From the NCBI GenBank assembly GCA_965113315.1, contig OZ220365.1: a stretch of DNA of 64,000 nt; one strand, given 5' to 3'. The notes below the pieces were generated by a model, which saw only the letters and a list, made by a program, of their open reading frames with translations, searched no databases and was not told the DNA's origin. This document shows positions 40,025-52,906 of this stretch, in pieces (the stretch's first letter is position 1; each line of letters starts with the position of its first letter). Made by a program: the position numbers and the translations under genes. The DNA comes from Podarcis vaucheri (Eukaryota).

Positions 40025-40205
40025 AGTTGTTGTTTAGTCGTGTCCAACTCTTTGTGATCTCATGGACCAGAGCACGTCAGGCACTCCTGTCTTCCACTGC
40101 CTCTCGCAGTTTGGTCAAACTTATGCTGGTAGCTTCAAGAACACTGTCCAACCATCTCTTCCTCTGTCGTCCCCTTCTCCTTGTGCCCTCCATCTTTCCC
40201 AACAA
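40025..40205 (-). mobile_element. BovB/RTE LINE 3' end fragment
   Basis: gttgttgtttagtcgtgtccaactctttgtgatctcatggac is the reverse complement of the characteristic BovB 3' terminus with a (caa)n tail. Confidence 0.8.
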
Positions 40206-40647
40206 CCTGATGCTGTTGTGCTATCACTTCCATCATCCCTGACCATTAGCCATGTTGACTGGGACTGATGGGAGTTGGATTTCATTATCATCACCATCAT
40301 AGTAATAATAATTTTATTATTTATACTTTGCCCATCTGGCTGGGTTTCTGTAGACACTCTGGGCGGTTTCCAGCAAAATATAAAAACATAATCAAATGTC
40401 AAACATTAAAACTTCCTGATACAGGGCTGCCTTCATCTGGAAGACATCACTGGTATAAGCAAGTAATTGTACTTCTGTGCACACACGCCCTCTCTCTGTT
40501 TTTAAACTTCCTCATCTCACATAACCTATTCTGGTGTAAGTTAAATTCTATTATCTCCCCATCCTCCTGGTTTTGGTATTGCTGTCACAATATGGTCACC
40601 TGTAATGTTAATCATAGCTGTATCAATTTATTCTGCCTCTTACAGAG

Positions 40648-40851
40648 ATGGATTTTGAAGCAGTTGCAAAGTACTCAAAGCTCCATGCCAAACCTCCAGG
40701 ACTTACCCTTCAGTATGGAACAGCTGGTTTCCGTACCAAGGCAGAGGACCTTGATCACACAATGTTTTGCATGGGCTTGCTGGCCGTATTGAGATCCAAG
40801 CAGAAAAAATCCACCATTGGTGTTATGGTTACAGCCTCTCACAACCCTGAA
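40648..40851 (+). CDS. PGM3: Phosphoacetylglucosamine mutase, first coding exon
   Basis: tacag|ag ATG; [16 protein letters not shown]...YGTAGFR...[11 protein letters not shown]|gtaagt; catalytic phospho-Ser motif TASHNP. Confidence 0.97.
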
Positions 40852-40947
40852 GTAAGTGAATGAGTATTTCAGATAGGAAAAAAGAAATTGAGCTACAGAT
40901 TAAGGGGGGGGGGTGCTATACGGGTGCTGTGACTTAACCATTATCAA

Positions 40948-41691
40948 TATAGTGGAATCTCTACTTACAACCATAATCCATTCCGGAGGTCTGGTCATAA
41001 CTAGAAACGTACATAAATAGAGGTGCACTTTTCCATAGAAAGTAATGGAAAAGTGAATTGATCTAGATGATGAAAAACACCCCCTAAACAGCAATTTACC
41101 ACGGATCTTACTGTCTAACGAGACCATAGATCCATAAAATGAAGGCAATAATCAATGTACTGTACTATAAAATAAATAAGACAGTATTGTAGATGAAAAA
41201 AATTAACTTTTTTTTCCTTATGTGCACTGAGGGTGGGCGGGCTTAACTGACTACAAGCTGGGGGTTGGGCAAGGGTCAGTAAAGAGCTGATTCACTTCGG
41301 CCAGGGTCACTTTTTTTTCTTGCCAGGCCAGGTTCTTCTCTGGACTCAGGTTAGTTCCTTGGCAGGATTTGGGGCTGCAGTGCGCCCTGCTGTGCCTCTT
41401 GCAGGCTGCACCTCTTCCACAGTTTCATGGGTGGGATGGGGGCCCTCTCCCCGGCAGCAGAGGCCTCAGCACTGCTCCGCAGCCAGTGGGGTGAGCTCCG
41501 GCAAACTAGAGGTCTCTCCCTGGCGGTGGATGCCCCAGTGCTGTTCCGGGCTGCCGGCAAGGCGAGCTCTGGGCTGCTGGCAAGGCCTCTGTTCGTAGCT
41601 AGAGGAAAGTTCATAAGTCAAAGCACCTACTGAAGGTCGTAACTGGAATTGTATGTAAGTATAGCCGTACATAAGTCGAGATTCCACTGTA
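40948..41691. mobile_element. Tigger-like non-autonomous DNA transposon (~740 bp)
   Basis: TIRs TA-tagtggaatctctactta ... taagtcgagattccactg-TA; fills most of this PGM3 intron. Confidence 0.8.
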
Positions 41692-41804
41692 TGCTTTTAG
41701 AACTGTAGAACTAAAAGGATCATTTAGGTTGATTGCTCTTTTCCTAAGTCAAAATTGCCTATGTTTAAAGAAGCTTTTACATTGATGTCTTGTCTTTTTC
41801 CAAG

Positions 41805-41989
41805 GAAGACAATGGTGTGAAGTTGATTGATCCATTGGGTGAAATGTTGGCACCTATCTGGGAAGAGCACGCCACACACTTGGCCAATGCAGAAGAACAT
41901 GAATTGCAGGGAGTGCTGACTGACATCTGCCAGAAGGAAGCTGTAGACCTTCATCAGGAGGCCTTCATTGTTATTGGCAGAGACACCAG
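41805..41989 (+). CDS. PGM3: PGM3 coding exon 2
   Basis: ttccaag|GAA GAC AAT GGT...ACC AG|gtaaaa; [15 protein letters not shown]...IGRDTR; 185 nt. Confidence 0.96.
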
Positions 41990-42758
41990 GTAAAAATAAA
42001 CCTGATAGACATCTTGGGAGTGACTAGGTAATATACACATTAACTCTTCCTGTATATTTTTTCAAAAATGTAGGTATCAGGGCAAAACTTTTTCAAGGAC
42101 AATATATGAATTAAACCACAATATAAAGCTAAGATATTAAAATAAATATATAATTAAAATATATAAGATATTAAAATATACTGCACTAAAACATCAGCTG
42201 TTAAATAACAGTTGGAAAGAAAAATGTTTTCAGGGTTTGTTTAAAGGCCAATAAAGTAGAGGTTGCTAAGGGAGGGAATTCCACAAACGTAGAGCAATTG
42301 TAGAAAAGTCCCTGTCTTGTGCTCCTCCAATCTAATGATGCCTGTCGGTCTTTCCATGGATGTTCCCCCCATACAACATTTTAGACATTTCTATTGGATA
42401 ATGGAGCCACCTTGCTGAAGCCAAGCAGATTTGGGCCGGTCATGGTTTGGATAGGAGACCTGTGTAAGGAGTTCTGTGGTGGAAGGAAAGTGCAATATAA
42501 ATGTCCTAAAGAAATATAATTAACAAATATAGCATAAGGCAAATATTTTTAAGTTGCTAGGAAAGTTCCGAGTATGTCCTATCACATCCCTATCTCTTTG
42601 GCTGTTGTGATTTATTCCCTCTAGAGACGTAGATCTCACTTGTGTCCTGCATGTTGATATTGTTTGTCTGTATTCATGTGTCAAGAATGAATTGGGGTAA
42701 ACGTGTGCTTGGATAGCATTTCAACAAAAGTAACCTTATTCCTGTGTCTTGCATCCAG

Positions 42759-42826
42759 ATCTAGCAGTAAGAAGCTTTCACAATCAGTGATTGATGGCGT
42801 GTCTGCTCTTGGAGGTCAATACCAAG
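42759..42826 (+). CDS. PGM3: PGM3 coding exon 3
   Basis: atccag|A TCT AGC...CAA G|gtatgc; SSSKKLSQSVIDGVSALGGQYQ; 68 nt. Confidence 0.93.
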
Positions 42827-43046
42827 GTATGCCCTGTGCTTGCTTATTTAAGGATTGATGATGTTCCCCTTAGATCCATAGTGGTTGATAGGAAACAAAT
42901 CAATGGTGACGTATTTCATTTAAAGCATTTTTTAAAAATCTCTCTTTTCTGCACCTTTACTTGAGCAAATGTAATAAGGTACTGTGAAATATGTCCCTGA
43001 AGCTTAATAGTGTCAATCCTTGACCAGTGTGTATGCTTTAAACTAG

Positions 43047-43180
43047 ATTATGGCTTGGTAACAACACCACAACTACACTACATGGTCTGCTGTCGAAACA
43101 CTCATGGGAATTATGGGACTGCAACCGTGGAAGGTTACTACCAGAAACTCTCCAAGGCTTTTGTGGAGCTTACAATGCAG
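43047..43180 (+). CDS. PGM3: PGM3 coding exon 4
   Basis: ctag|AT TAT GGC...ATG CAG|gtgaaa; [14 protein letters not shown]...; 134 nt. Confidence 0.95.
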
Positions 43181-44286
43181 GTGAAAGAGCTGTTTTTCAA
43201 GTCTTGGCTTGCATTCTTGAATATACTTGAATATACTTAATGTAATAGTCCTAAGACCCCCCCTCTGCCCATATGAACTTCCTATGAAGAATGGCAACAG
43301 GCTCTTCATTTGAGTGTCAACTCTATGCTGTTACGTTGCTGTGGACAAAGAACAGGGCCTTTATAGTGTTGGCTTAAGTTCTTTAAATGCTTGCCCTAGA
43401 ACAGTTTGCTGTTGCTGGACCTTTCTTTCTTTTAGGATAATATTTTGATTTAAGCAAGCTTTTAATGCCATAGAAGTTAAAGGTGATCAACTGTGATTTT
43501 GTATATAAATTATTCAAAATGGTATTGGCTTTATGAGGAAAATTGGGATGTAAACCCTATGGAAAACAGTGGGACTTTTTTTAACAGTAACCATTATTAA
43601 GGTTGAGCTTTTAGCATTTCATTCATGTAGACAACTGAACAGGTTTATAACTTTAAAGTATATGATAGTTTGCTTTAGCAGAAAGAAATGAGCAATAGCA
43701 ACAAAAGTTTTAAGAAAACAAGAGGCAGCCTAAAACTAGCAGTAGGAAAAGAGATATTACATATTGCTGCCATCATTGTAATAGGGCAGAGCAAAATGTG
43801 TTTTGCTCCTGATAAAGATGAAACATTGAAATCATTGGAGGCTGGTCCAGTAGAACAAATGGGGGGGGGGGGCACTGCTGCACCACCTTCTGTGTACCCT
43901 CAGCCTCTGCCTACAGTCAATCCAGCAGATGGTACTACCTGTGTGTTTCCTCCTCCTTAATCTCACTGTCGCCTGTGTAGAACAGAGCAGGGAGGAGGAT
44001 AGGGACAAAACAAATTAGCTAACTCTATTTGCCACCTACTGCTGGATCACTCTCCCTTCAGCCCTACCAGCCCCAATGGGCTCGAGTAGTCACTGGTTGA
44101 AATAGAGAGGAAGTTGTTCCAGAATCTACACATTCAAACACCAATTTGAGTCCTGTTTTTCTTTTCATTTGTGTTTACTTTGTTGTGGCTGTCTGCTCCA
44201 GAGCACAGTCAGTGTTGCATATGAGCAGGTGGTAGGAGTTCAGAGACAACTGTTAAAGGACCCTTTCTTTGCTTTCTTGCCTGCAG

Positions 44287-44482
44287 GCTACTAGCCAAAG
44301 GGATGGCCACATTTGCCTGAAGGTAGATTGTTCAAATGGCATAGGTGCTCTCAAACTCAAAGAAATGGAACGCTATCTTCCAAGCTGCTTCGTAATACAC
44401 TTCAGCAATGATGGGACTAAAGGAGAACTCAATCACCAATGTGGTGCCGATTTTGTAAAAGTTCAACAGAAGCCTCCTGTGG
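44287..44482 (+). CDS. PGM3: PGM3 coding exon 5
   Basis: ctgcag|GCT...GTG G|gtatgt; [10 protein letters not shown]...[11 protein letters not shown]; 196 nt. Confidence 0.95.
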
Positions 44483-45128
44483 GTATGTAATGACAAATGT
44501 ATATTCCCTAATAATAATAATAAAAAGTCTGTCTCAATATTAACTTAGAACAGAGAACCCTAAAGTTCTATGATGACATCACCTCATCATTCTTTTCTAC
44601 TAATACATTCAATCTTAAACCAGCTCTGGGCTAATCCCCGGACTAATTGTCTCTGGAAGTTTGGAGAGGTAGGAGGGTTTCTCATTCATTTATTTTTTTG
44701 CCTTCCACACACTTGTCTTGGGTCGTTGTATGATATACATTTAAAAGAGTTTAAACAATCCAGAAAATTAGATATTTTACAAAAGTAAAGAGTAGACACC
44801 CATGCCAGAGATTGATTAATGAAGCAGGGAAAGCTTGTCAGCTTTATTGACACGATCAAACTGCTTCCCTGTTTTCTCAGGCAGACACCTATCCAAAACT
44901 CAGCTTGTCTCACTTTGAGTGATGGAGATGTTAATATATGCTTAGATAGTTGGATACCAAGGCATATGACTTCTTTAATAATAATGGAACACACTTCCTA
45001 ATTCTGTCTTTCTAGCTAAGACTAGATGAGACTATTTTGCAGATACACTTTCTGCATTTGTAATGTATAATGTAATGTATATTTTGAAGTTTCACTTTCT
45101 CGTGCTGAGCCCTTCTCTATTTTTTATA

Positions 45129-45420
45129 TACTGTATTTTTCGCCCTATAGGGCGCACCGGCCCATAGGGCGCACCTAGTTTGGGGGGGGGGAGAAAAAAA
45201 AGAAAAAAAATTATTCCCTCCCCCCGGCGCGGGGCTGGGGAAGCCCAAGCTTCCCCCGACCCCAGCCCCCAGAACAGGCTGCTATCCACAAGCCTGGGGA
45301 GCCCGGCGGGAACTCCCGCTGGGCTCCCCAGGCTTGTGAATATCTGCCCGAAGCCCGGGGCGCGCTGCTCAGCGCACCCTAGGCTTCAGGATGCAGGCTA
45401 CTATCCGCAAGCCTAGGGAG
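45129..45420. mobile_element. Tc2/pogo-like DNA transposon end fragment, GC-rich
   Basis: TA-ctgtatttttcgccctatagggcgcacc terminus; CpG-rich internal hairpins; second TIR not seen. Confidence 0.55.
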
Positions 45421-45824
45421 TCCAATCCTTTCCACTATTAGTCTTCTTCCCTTCCTGTTTTATTTCTAGCTATCCTCTGTTCCCTCTCGTCACCCTTGGG
45501 GGTGGGGAGCCTTAATGTCTGTGCCTATAATCATACTCAGCTTAGGGACACTGCTCACAGACTCAGTCCGTATCATTAGCACTTTGGCTCTTTTATAAAT
45601 AAAAGATTTTAAAGAACAAGTGGGAAACTAGATTGGCACATGGTACTGTGAGGAAATCCTAACAAAATGGGTAGTTCATTTCTGTCTGTTTCTGCTATCC
45701 TATTTAATCTGTAGGTTGCTCTGAAACATATTAAGAACACTGAATGCCTTGTCTTTTTAAGTGCCAGTATTCCTGAGGCCAAACAATTATTTTTTGTATT
45801 TACTTTGTTTACTCTGCTTGTTAG

Positions 45825-45982
45825 GACTGGAAATGAAGCCTGGTGAGAGATGCTGCTCATTCGATGGTGATGCTGACCGAATTGTTTACTACTATAATGA
45901 CCCTGCTGGCCATTTTCATCTTCTTGATGGAGATAAAATAGCAACTCTAATCAGCACTTTTCTAAAGGAACTTCTGGTCAAG
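45825..45982 (+). CDS. PGM3: PGM3 coding exon 6
   Basis: gttag|GA CTG...GTC AAG|gtaatg; metal-binding motif SFDGDADR and LLDGDKIA; 158 nt. Confidence 0.97.
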
Positions 45983-46514
45983 GTAATGGAATTCTTTCAC
46001 TTGCTGCATGGTTAAATTGAGGAAATTAACAGTTGAAAACATAATTAGCTGGAACTTTTAACAGTGTATGATAGTTTCAATAATGCAAATAATTCACCGA
46101 GCAGTTCTTTGGCTCATTTGCCCCCCCCTTTTTTTGGAACAGTTTGGGTTTTTTTAATGAAATTAGATCAGGAAAAAATAAAAGTAATTGCAGCTATTTA
46201 ACATAGTGGTTTTTAAAGGCAATTGTCTTTAAGTAGAAGGTATTTTTGGAATACTTGCCGTCATCAGTTTTGGGCTGGGATATCAAGGGTACTCTTGACT
46301 TTCACCAATAGCATGCTTGCCCTGTTTTTAAGTGTGTGAGTTCTGAAAGTTTGTGAAGAACACTTCCTATCCCAATGTGAAATGTTAACATCTCTTTGCC
46401 AACTGGAATTTATGAACATCCAAGGCAGAGATTTTTAAATAATAATAATAATGGTTTCATACGGTGTTTTCATGAAGATCTGATTATGCAAATAGCATGC
46501 TTCTCTTCCTTCAG

Positions 46515-46598
46515 GCTGGGCAGACCTTATCATTTGCAGTCATACAAACAGCCTATGCCAATGGGAGCTCTACACGTTATTTGGAAGAAACCATGAAG
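46515..46598 (+). CDS. PGM3: PGM3 coding exon 7
   Basis: cttcag|GCT GGG...ATG AAG|gtacta; [17 protein letters not shown]; 84 nt. Confidence 0.95.
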
Positions 46599-47213
46599 GT
46601 ACTAATTCAACGCTTGCATGCCCTGCCATCTAACATCTGTGCTTAAAAATAATGTAAAAACTGTCCAGGCCTAATTACACATGGTTCCGTGGGAAAAAAA
46701 CAACAATGCAAGTGAATCTTTTAGTAACCAAGACTTGTGTGCAATTGCCCTAACCTAGAGGAGGAGATGTTACAGAGTTCCACCTTTTTCTCCAAAACAG
46801 TAATTAAAATAATAATTTATTCTGGCGCTCATATTAAGAGCTTTGGAATCCATGGAGATTAGTTGTGTGAAATAGCTGGCCAGTGGTGCCATCAGGGTTG
46901 GAGTTCAGGGGTCCAGGACCCCTCTGCAGAATGAACAGGAGGGCCCCTAAATGCAGCAGGGTTGGCTTAACCTATTTTGAAATAAATGACATAAGACACA
47001 TTACCAATTATGAAGCCATTAGACCAGTAAGTCTGAAGTTTAAAATTACCTGGTTACTGTTGTGTATAACATTTTTCAAAGTAGCATTCCCACCAATTTT
47101 TTGGTCAGGCATGTGGGTTTTAGTTTTGATACAAGCAGGAAAAGCTTGGTTTTAAGGTGCAGCCCTACAGCTCCATCTCACCACAGATGGTTCGCTTGGT
47201 CTTCCTCTCCTAG

Positions 47214-47330
<117 letters not shown>

Positions 47331-47799
47331 TAATCTCTCTCTCTCTGCTCTTTTTTGTTTGTTTGTAATAAACTTCATCCTCAACCTCAAGAAGAGTAAA
47401 TAAAATTCATTGTGTCCCCTATCTAAACTGATAACTTTTCCAGCTGCTCCTCACCACACTGCTGTAATATTCTCTGATCCTTTCTCCCCTTGTCTCATAT
47501 CCCATCCCAGTTATTCTGGGATAAAGAACCCAGAATGAGTTTCAGCCCTTAATTTGTTTACAAATTCCGAAAGTCAGTCAGAGGCCGGAGGAAGTGAAAG
47601 AGCTTGGCTTTTGCCTAGCTTTTGCTGCACTTAGCATGGGGATAAGAGAGTCTTAGGATGGGTCACCTTTTTCTGTCAGGAGCCACATGCTGATTGCGGG
47701 TGGGGCTATTCACTGTTCTCTCTTTTTGCAACCTCTTGCTTTAAAAGGATTAGCCTTATCATCCACAAATTGGTCTGTCAATGGATGCTAGCCATAATG

Positions 47800-47990
47800 T
47801 CTCTATTCTTCCTCTACTTTCCGAGGCAGTATGCCACTGAATGCCAGTTGCTGGGACACACAAGTGAGGAGAGTGCTGTTGGGTTCAGGTCCTAGTTGCA
47901 GGCTTCCAATAGACACCTGGTTGGCCTGTGGGAGAACAGGATGCTGGGCCAGATGGGGTTTGACCTGATCTAGCAGATCTCTTCATATGT
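47800..47990 (-). mobile_element. CR1-like 3'-end repeat (related copies ~35990-36108, 58895-58990, 60025-60180)
   Basis: Shared motif tagtccagcatcctg...cacagtggccaaccagatgcc in either orientation. Confidence 0.55.
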
Positions 47991-48041
47991 TCATATATCC
48001 CCTCGGCCATCCCTTCTCTGCCTGCCTGTCTGTCTCTCTCT

Positions 48042-48241
48042 NNNNNNNNNNNNNNNNNNNNNNNNNNNNNNNNNNNNNNNNNNNNNNNNNNNNNNNNNNN
48101 NNNNNNNNNNNNNNNNNNNNNNNNNNNNNNNNNNNNNNNNNNNNNNNNNNNNNNNNNNNNNNNNNNNNNNNNNNNNNNNNNNNNNNNNNNNNNNNNNNNN
48201 NNNNNNNNNNNNNNNNNNNNNNNNNNNNNNNNNNNNNNNNN
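48042..48241. other. Assembly gap (200 N) in a PGM3 intron
   Basis: Run of N next to a CT-type simple repeat; flanking PGM3 exons join in phase, so no coding exon is missing. Confidence 0.99.
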
Positions 48242-48628
48242 AAATTCCTAGAAAAATACTGTCTTGGCTCCAGAACCTGAGCACCACATTCCAGAGGGAC
48301 ACTATAGGATGTTGGGAGGGAACTTTTGCCCTGTTCATGAGCTTCTCAGAAATAAGATTTGGCCGACTGCTATTGGAAATGGAAGCTGGACTGCACGGAG
48401 CTTTGCAGACCTTACTTTTAGGGATAGGAGCCTTTATTTCTCATAGGGTATGAATAAAATCTAGTGTACTCCCTTGTGTCCCAATGATATGCACATCATT
48501 TTGGGGGAGTACCAGTCTTTCTTTCAAAGCACCAGTGATACACCACTATCACCTGTGGTAATTGGGAGATGGTGGTGACAGTGGCTATGCTGCATCCCTC
48601 AGACTGTCAAATATGTTCCTCCTTCCAG

Positions 48629-48745
48629 GTACTGTTTAGTAAAGCTGCAGAGCAGAAAATAAGATACCAGGCGAAGGAGGAAAAAAACAACCAAAAAAGA
48701 GAAGCTGCAAAGATGCTTGAAAATACTATTGACTTGATAAATCAG
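48629..48745 (+). CDS. PGM3: PGM3 coding exon 9
   Basis: ttccag|GTA CTG TTT...AAT CAG|gtagga; VLFSKAAEQK...IDLINQ; 117 nt. Confidence 0.94.
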
Positions 48746-48950
48746 GTAGGAATGTTGACAAAGAGCTAAAGTTTGTCTTTAAATTTCTTAATACTAATAG
48801 TTCAAAGATGTTACATGATGACTCTGTGTTGAAAAAGAGAGCAAATTACCATTGGGAAACTAATAATCTGGGATACATCTGCATCCTGTAATTCGTAGGA
48901 CCATTATTTCCTGATGGGAAAAAGTCACCACAGGGTGAGATGTCTCCCTT

Positions 48951-49200
48951 GAGAGCCAGTGTGGTGTAGTGGTTAAGAGCGGTAGTCTCGTAATCTGGGG
49001 AACCGGGTTTGCGACTCCGCTTCTCCATGTGCAGCTGCTGGGTGACCTTGGGCCAGTCACACTTCTCTGAAGTCTCTCAGCCCCACTCACCTCACAGAGT
49101 GTTTGTTGTGGGGGAGGAAGGGAAAGGAGATTGTTAGCCGCTTTGAGACTCCTTCGGGTAGTGATAAAGCGGGATATCAAATCCAAATCCAATCCAATCC
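48951..49200 (+). mobile_element. Young full-length Squam3-like tRNA SINE
   Basis: gagagccagtgtggtgtagtggttaagagc head, core gggtgaccttgggccagtcac, (aatcc)n tail. Confidence 0.85.
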
Positions 49201-49649
49201 CTGGACCCTCCGGTCTTCATGTTTGTGCTGGTGGGGTTGTCAACTGGGGATGGAAGAATCAGTTGACAAGGCATGCAAGTGGACTCAAGGTGTTCTGCTT
49301 TGATTGTTGCTTGTTATAATTTAGAGCAGAAGTGCTCACACAGTCAGGTAGCTCCTGTTTGAATTCTTGCTCCATCCCTAGTGACAAATTGAATCTGATG
49401 ATAATGGGTTAGTTATCTGTCCTGTAAAATGACTGGGGGATGGAGACTTATTTTATAGTTCCCAAGAGCCTGATAATACATTTGTATTTCCAAATCCCTT
49501 TGCTTTACACTGTGAGATTGTGGTGGGTGCTTCCTTACCCTGCTTTGAACATTGATATATTCTGGGGCAGAAGGTAGCTTAGTGGAAAGTACTGGGACAA
49601 GTCAAGGGCTTTTGTCTAATTACATTGGTGGTGGTAGCTGCTTCCTGGT

Positions 49650-49812
49650 ACCAACACAAACACCCTTCAGGTAAACTTATGGCCTCTTCTTAAGCAGCTT
49701 CTTTACCTACTATTGGCTTGTCTTCGTTTTTGTTTTATTATGTATTTTGTGTTCTCATTTTGTACTTTTATGTAGTGAACCACCCAGTGATCTTCAGATG
49801 AAGAGCAGTATA
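49650..49812 (+). mobile_element. L2-like LINE 3' end (similar minus-strand ends near 19490 and 40310)
   Basis: gaaccacccagtgatcttcagatgaagagcagtatacaaatttaataaataat terminus. Confidence 0.5.
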
Positions 49813-49988
49813 CAAATTTAATAAATAATATTTTTTTAAAGGATGTAGGCCATGTGGCAGTTTTTAGGCTCATTGAGCGTGAGAATCCAGATTATTAACT
49901 GGAATCAAGGCTGCCTCTGCCATACTGGTTTTATTTACTGGTTTTCTCTCCTTTCCTTTCTTATTTTATTTTTTGCTGTCTATGCCAG

Positions 49989-50111
49989 ACGATTGGTGAT
50001 GCTGTCTCAGACATGCTGGTGATTGAAGCCATCTTAGTGTTGAAGAATCTCACAGTACAGCAATGGGACTCCATGTACACAGATCTTCCCAGCCGGCAAC
50101 TCAAAGTGAAG
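49989..50111 (+). CDS. PGM3: PGM3 coding exon 10
   Basis: gccag|ACG ATT GGT GAT...GTG AAG|gttagt; [16 protein letters not shown]...[12 protein letters not shown]; 123 nt. Confidence 0.95.
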
Positions 50112-50686
50112 GTTAGTGGGAAGTCAGTGGTGGACAGAAATGCTACTGGTTGCAGCAGTGGTTCATTTCAGTGACCTACAAACTTGCTTGCTTTCCCAAC
50201 TGCCTGCAAACACAAATTACTGTGTTGGGTCAGAGACAAGGAGGGTCTTTTTCATCCCCGTGGGTCTTCCTTGTTTGTTGGACAGTCATTGAGATGCTGT
50301 AGCATGCTGTCAGCTCTCTGTTGTCAGGAGATGGCAGGATCCATGCTGGCCTGAGGAAGCCCAGATCCACTGCTTTCTGGCTGCCTCAGGCTTTTTTAGT
50401 CCTCCCTGGCTGGCTTATTAGTATTTCATGGCATGGCATGTGAGCTTAGGCCAGAGACGACACTATCGATAACTGCACCTTTTTGAAAATGGGTATCTGC
50501 TACTTTACTGCACAGAATCTCCCTAATTGGTGGAAGTTTTAGTTATAAAAGACTCAGGATAACCTTTTTTAAAAACCAAAACAAAATACCCCAACTACTG
50601 TGCACTGTAACAATAACCCATTAACTTTCTGGCCCTGGGTTGGCTTTGGACAACACATTGCTGGTTCAAGGGCATTTCTGACAATG

Positions 50687-50902
50687 TACAGTGCTACCTC
50701 AGGTTACATACGCTTCAGGTTACAGACTCCACTAACCCAGAAATAGTGCTTCAGGTTAAGAACTTTGCTTCAGGATGAGAACAGAAATCGTGCGGCAGCA
50801 GGAAGCCCCATTAACTAAAGTGATGCTTCAGGTTAAGAACAGTTTCAGGTTAAGAACGGACCTCCGGAACGAATTAAGTACTTAACCCGAGGTACCACTG
50901 TA
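50687..50902. mobile_element. Tc1/mariner MITE
   Basis: TA-cagtgctacctcaggtta ... taacccgaggtaccactg-TA; internal gcttcaggtta repeats. Confidence 0.88.
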
Positions 50903-51529
50903 GTCGTTTTATATGCTGCAGTGGGAATTGGCTTTTGGAAGCCTTCCTGTAAGCATGCACGTCTGGAAATAGTTGCACTGGGTGACCAAAGGCTAAATTA
51001 ACTAGAGTTTTTTCAATGAACCAAAACTTGCACAATGTGTCATTAACCTTGAAATTGGGGGTGTAATGTTGGTCCTCACTGCCTCCACACACCCTTTCTT
51101 AGTTATGTATTCACATAGAATTGAGTTTCATCACAGCACAGACCAGAGCTATAAAACATTCCTGGTGCCTGGGATATTCCAATGTGTGCATGTTAATACA
51201 ACTCTCACAAGAGGTCAAGATCTGGGAGAGTGAGATAGAAACCTTGGCATAACCCAGCAGTTTCAGTGATTGACAAACACAAAATGTGATTTAGGTCTAG
51301 TTATGTATAAGTGGGAAGAGACAATCATTGACAACCAAAAATTGAAAAATGTAGGTGGAGAATTGTGCAGGAGTGACAATATCTTGTGGGCTTTGCAGAG
51401 CACTCAATACAAATCCGTATCAAAACTAGGTCTGTGTTCTCTCTCTCCTCTTACTGTTGCAAAATCTACAGGTAAAATTAGAGCTTTTAACAAGTCAGAT
51501 TGTATCACTTCCTTTACGTGGACTTGTAG

Positions 51530-51703
51530 GTTGCTGACAGACGTGTAATTGACACTACGGATGCTGAAAGGCGAGCAGTTACACCCCCAGGGCTGCAGGA
51601 GAGAATTGATGAGCTCACCCAGAGGTTTAAATTGGCTCGAGCTTTCGTTCGCCCATCTGGAACAGAAGACATCGTCAGAGTCTATGCTGAAGCAGACACA
51701 CAG
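51530..51703 (+). CDS. PGM3: PGM3 coding exon 11
   Basis: ttgtag|GTT GCT GAC...ACA CAG|gtcaga; phosphate-binding loop [19 protein letters not shown]; 174 nt. Confidence 0.96.
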
Positions 51704-52510
51704 GTCAGAACCAAAGTGATTAATATCCTCAATGCAGTGTGGTAGAGACGAATTTTGAGTCCAGACAGTAGGTTCCCACCCACCACTATGCAAACTTTGT
51801 TTGCAAACACTAATTATTACATTTATATATAGCCAAAGGTTAAGCAATTAGCAGCTTGGGCACAATCTGACTTCAAGAGCATCTTCCCCTTTTGCACCTC
51901 CAAATTATCAACTAAGTGTCCTCCAGTCTTTTTGCTTATGGGAGGCGTGGATATTCTTCTTGTACACTCTCTTCTTAGGATGGGGGGGATAAAATAGTAC
52001 GTAGCATGGGTCTTTTGTGTGTTCCTCTGTTCCTCATTCCATTCTCTGCTTATAAACAGTTGGAAGAAGCAAGAGGGAAGAGAGACAGAAAAGGACAGAA
52101 AGCTTTTGTCTCCTATGGTCTTCGAAGATGGGGGGGGGGACTCAAAGGAGAACCATAGTAGTTTGCTTGGAAGAAATCTCTGCTTGCACTTCCTCTACCT
52201 CTCCTTTTTCTTACTTTTGAAGTTTCTGTGGCCCCAAATTAAATACGATGTTGAATGCATTTAATCTGCAGTTAACTTGCACATTCTTTAAAAAAGTGAG
52301 TCCCTCTTTGGTGTAATTGTTGCCTTCTAGCAGCTGGAATAAATAGCTTAATCTTAGCTGCACTCAGTGTTTTAGATAAGTATCTTATAGGATCACTATA
52401 GCAGCCTTGGTTTCTGGGTACAGCTGTCCAAAGCATCCACACTATGAAGATATGAGTGAGTGTTCACTTGAATTGCAATCTCTTCATGCTGCAATTATTC
52501 TTCTTTCCAG

Positions 52511-52600
52511 GAAAATGCAGATAAACTTGCACATGAAGTTAGCCTGGCTGTCTACCATATAGCTGGAGGTGTTGGAGAACAGCCCAAGGCTGTAGTATAA
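52511..52600 (+). CDS. PGM3: PGM3 last coding exon
   Basis: ttccag|GAA AAT GCA...GTA TAA; [29 protein letters not shown]; summed CDS 1632 nt = 543 aa. Confidence 0.94.
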   Translation, partial: ENADKLAHEVSLAVYHIAGGVGEQPKAVV

Positions 52601-52906
52601 TGAAGTACCATCCTTCAAGGTAAGTCATAAACCATACCTTCCTGCTTTTGCTTTACTAAATGAAATGCAAAATTAATTTATAATTAAAAGCAGTTCCTTT
52701 AGAAGTGAGTTAACTCCTCATTGTCATTTCTGTTAACTTTATTAGGTCACTGTAGTTCTTAATTTTTAAATCAAAGGTACTAAATTGAATTTTGACAACT
52801 ATATTGTTGGACAAGCAAAGCTTTTCATTTTTCCATAGTTAGGCAGCATTCATCTGCCCCTTGCAAGAAAGAATGTGTGAATAAGTGTCCTCTTTGCTCC
52901 TACTAG

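Noticed and set aside
47987-48338. ORFs spanning X runs
   Set aside because: Artefact of the 200-N gap.
48951-49030. tRNA-like sequence
   Set aside because: It is the head of a SINE and continues into the SINE body and tail; not a tRNA gene.
50687-50902. Repeated gcttcaggtta units resembling a CRISPR-like array
   Set aside because: Irregular internal repeats of a TA-flanked MITE in a eukaryotic intron.
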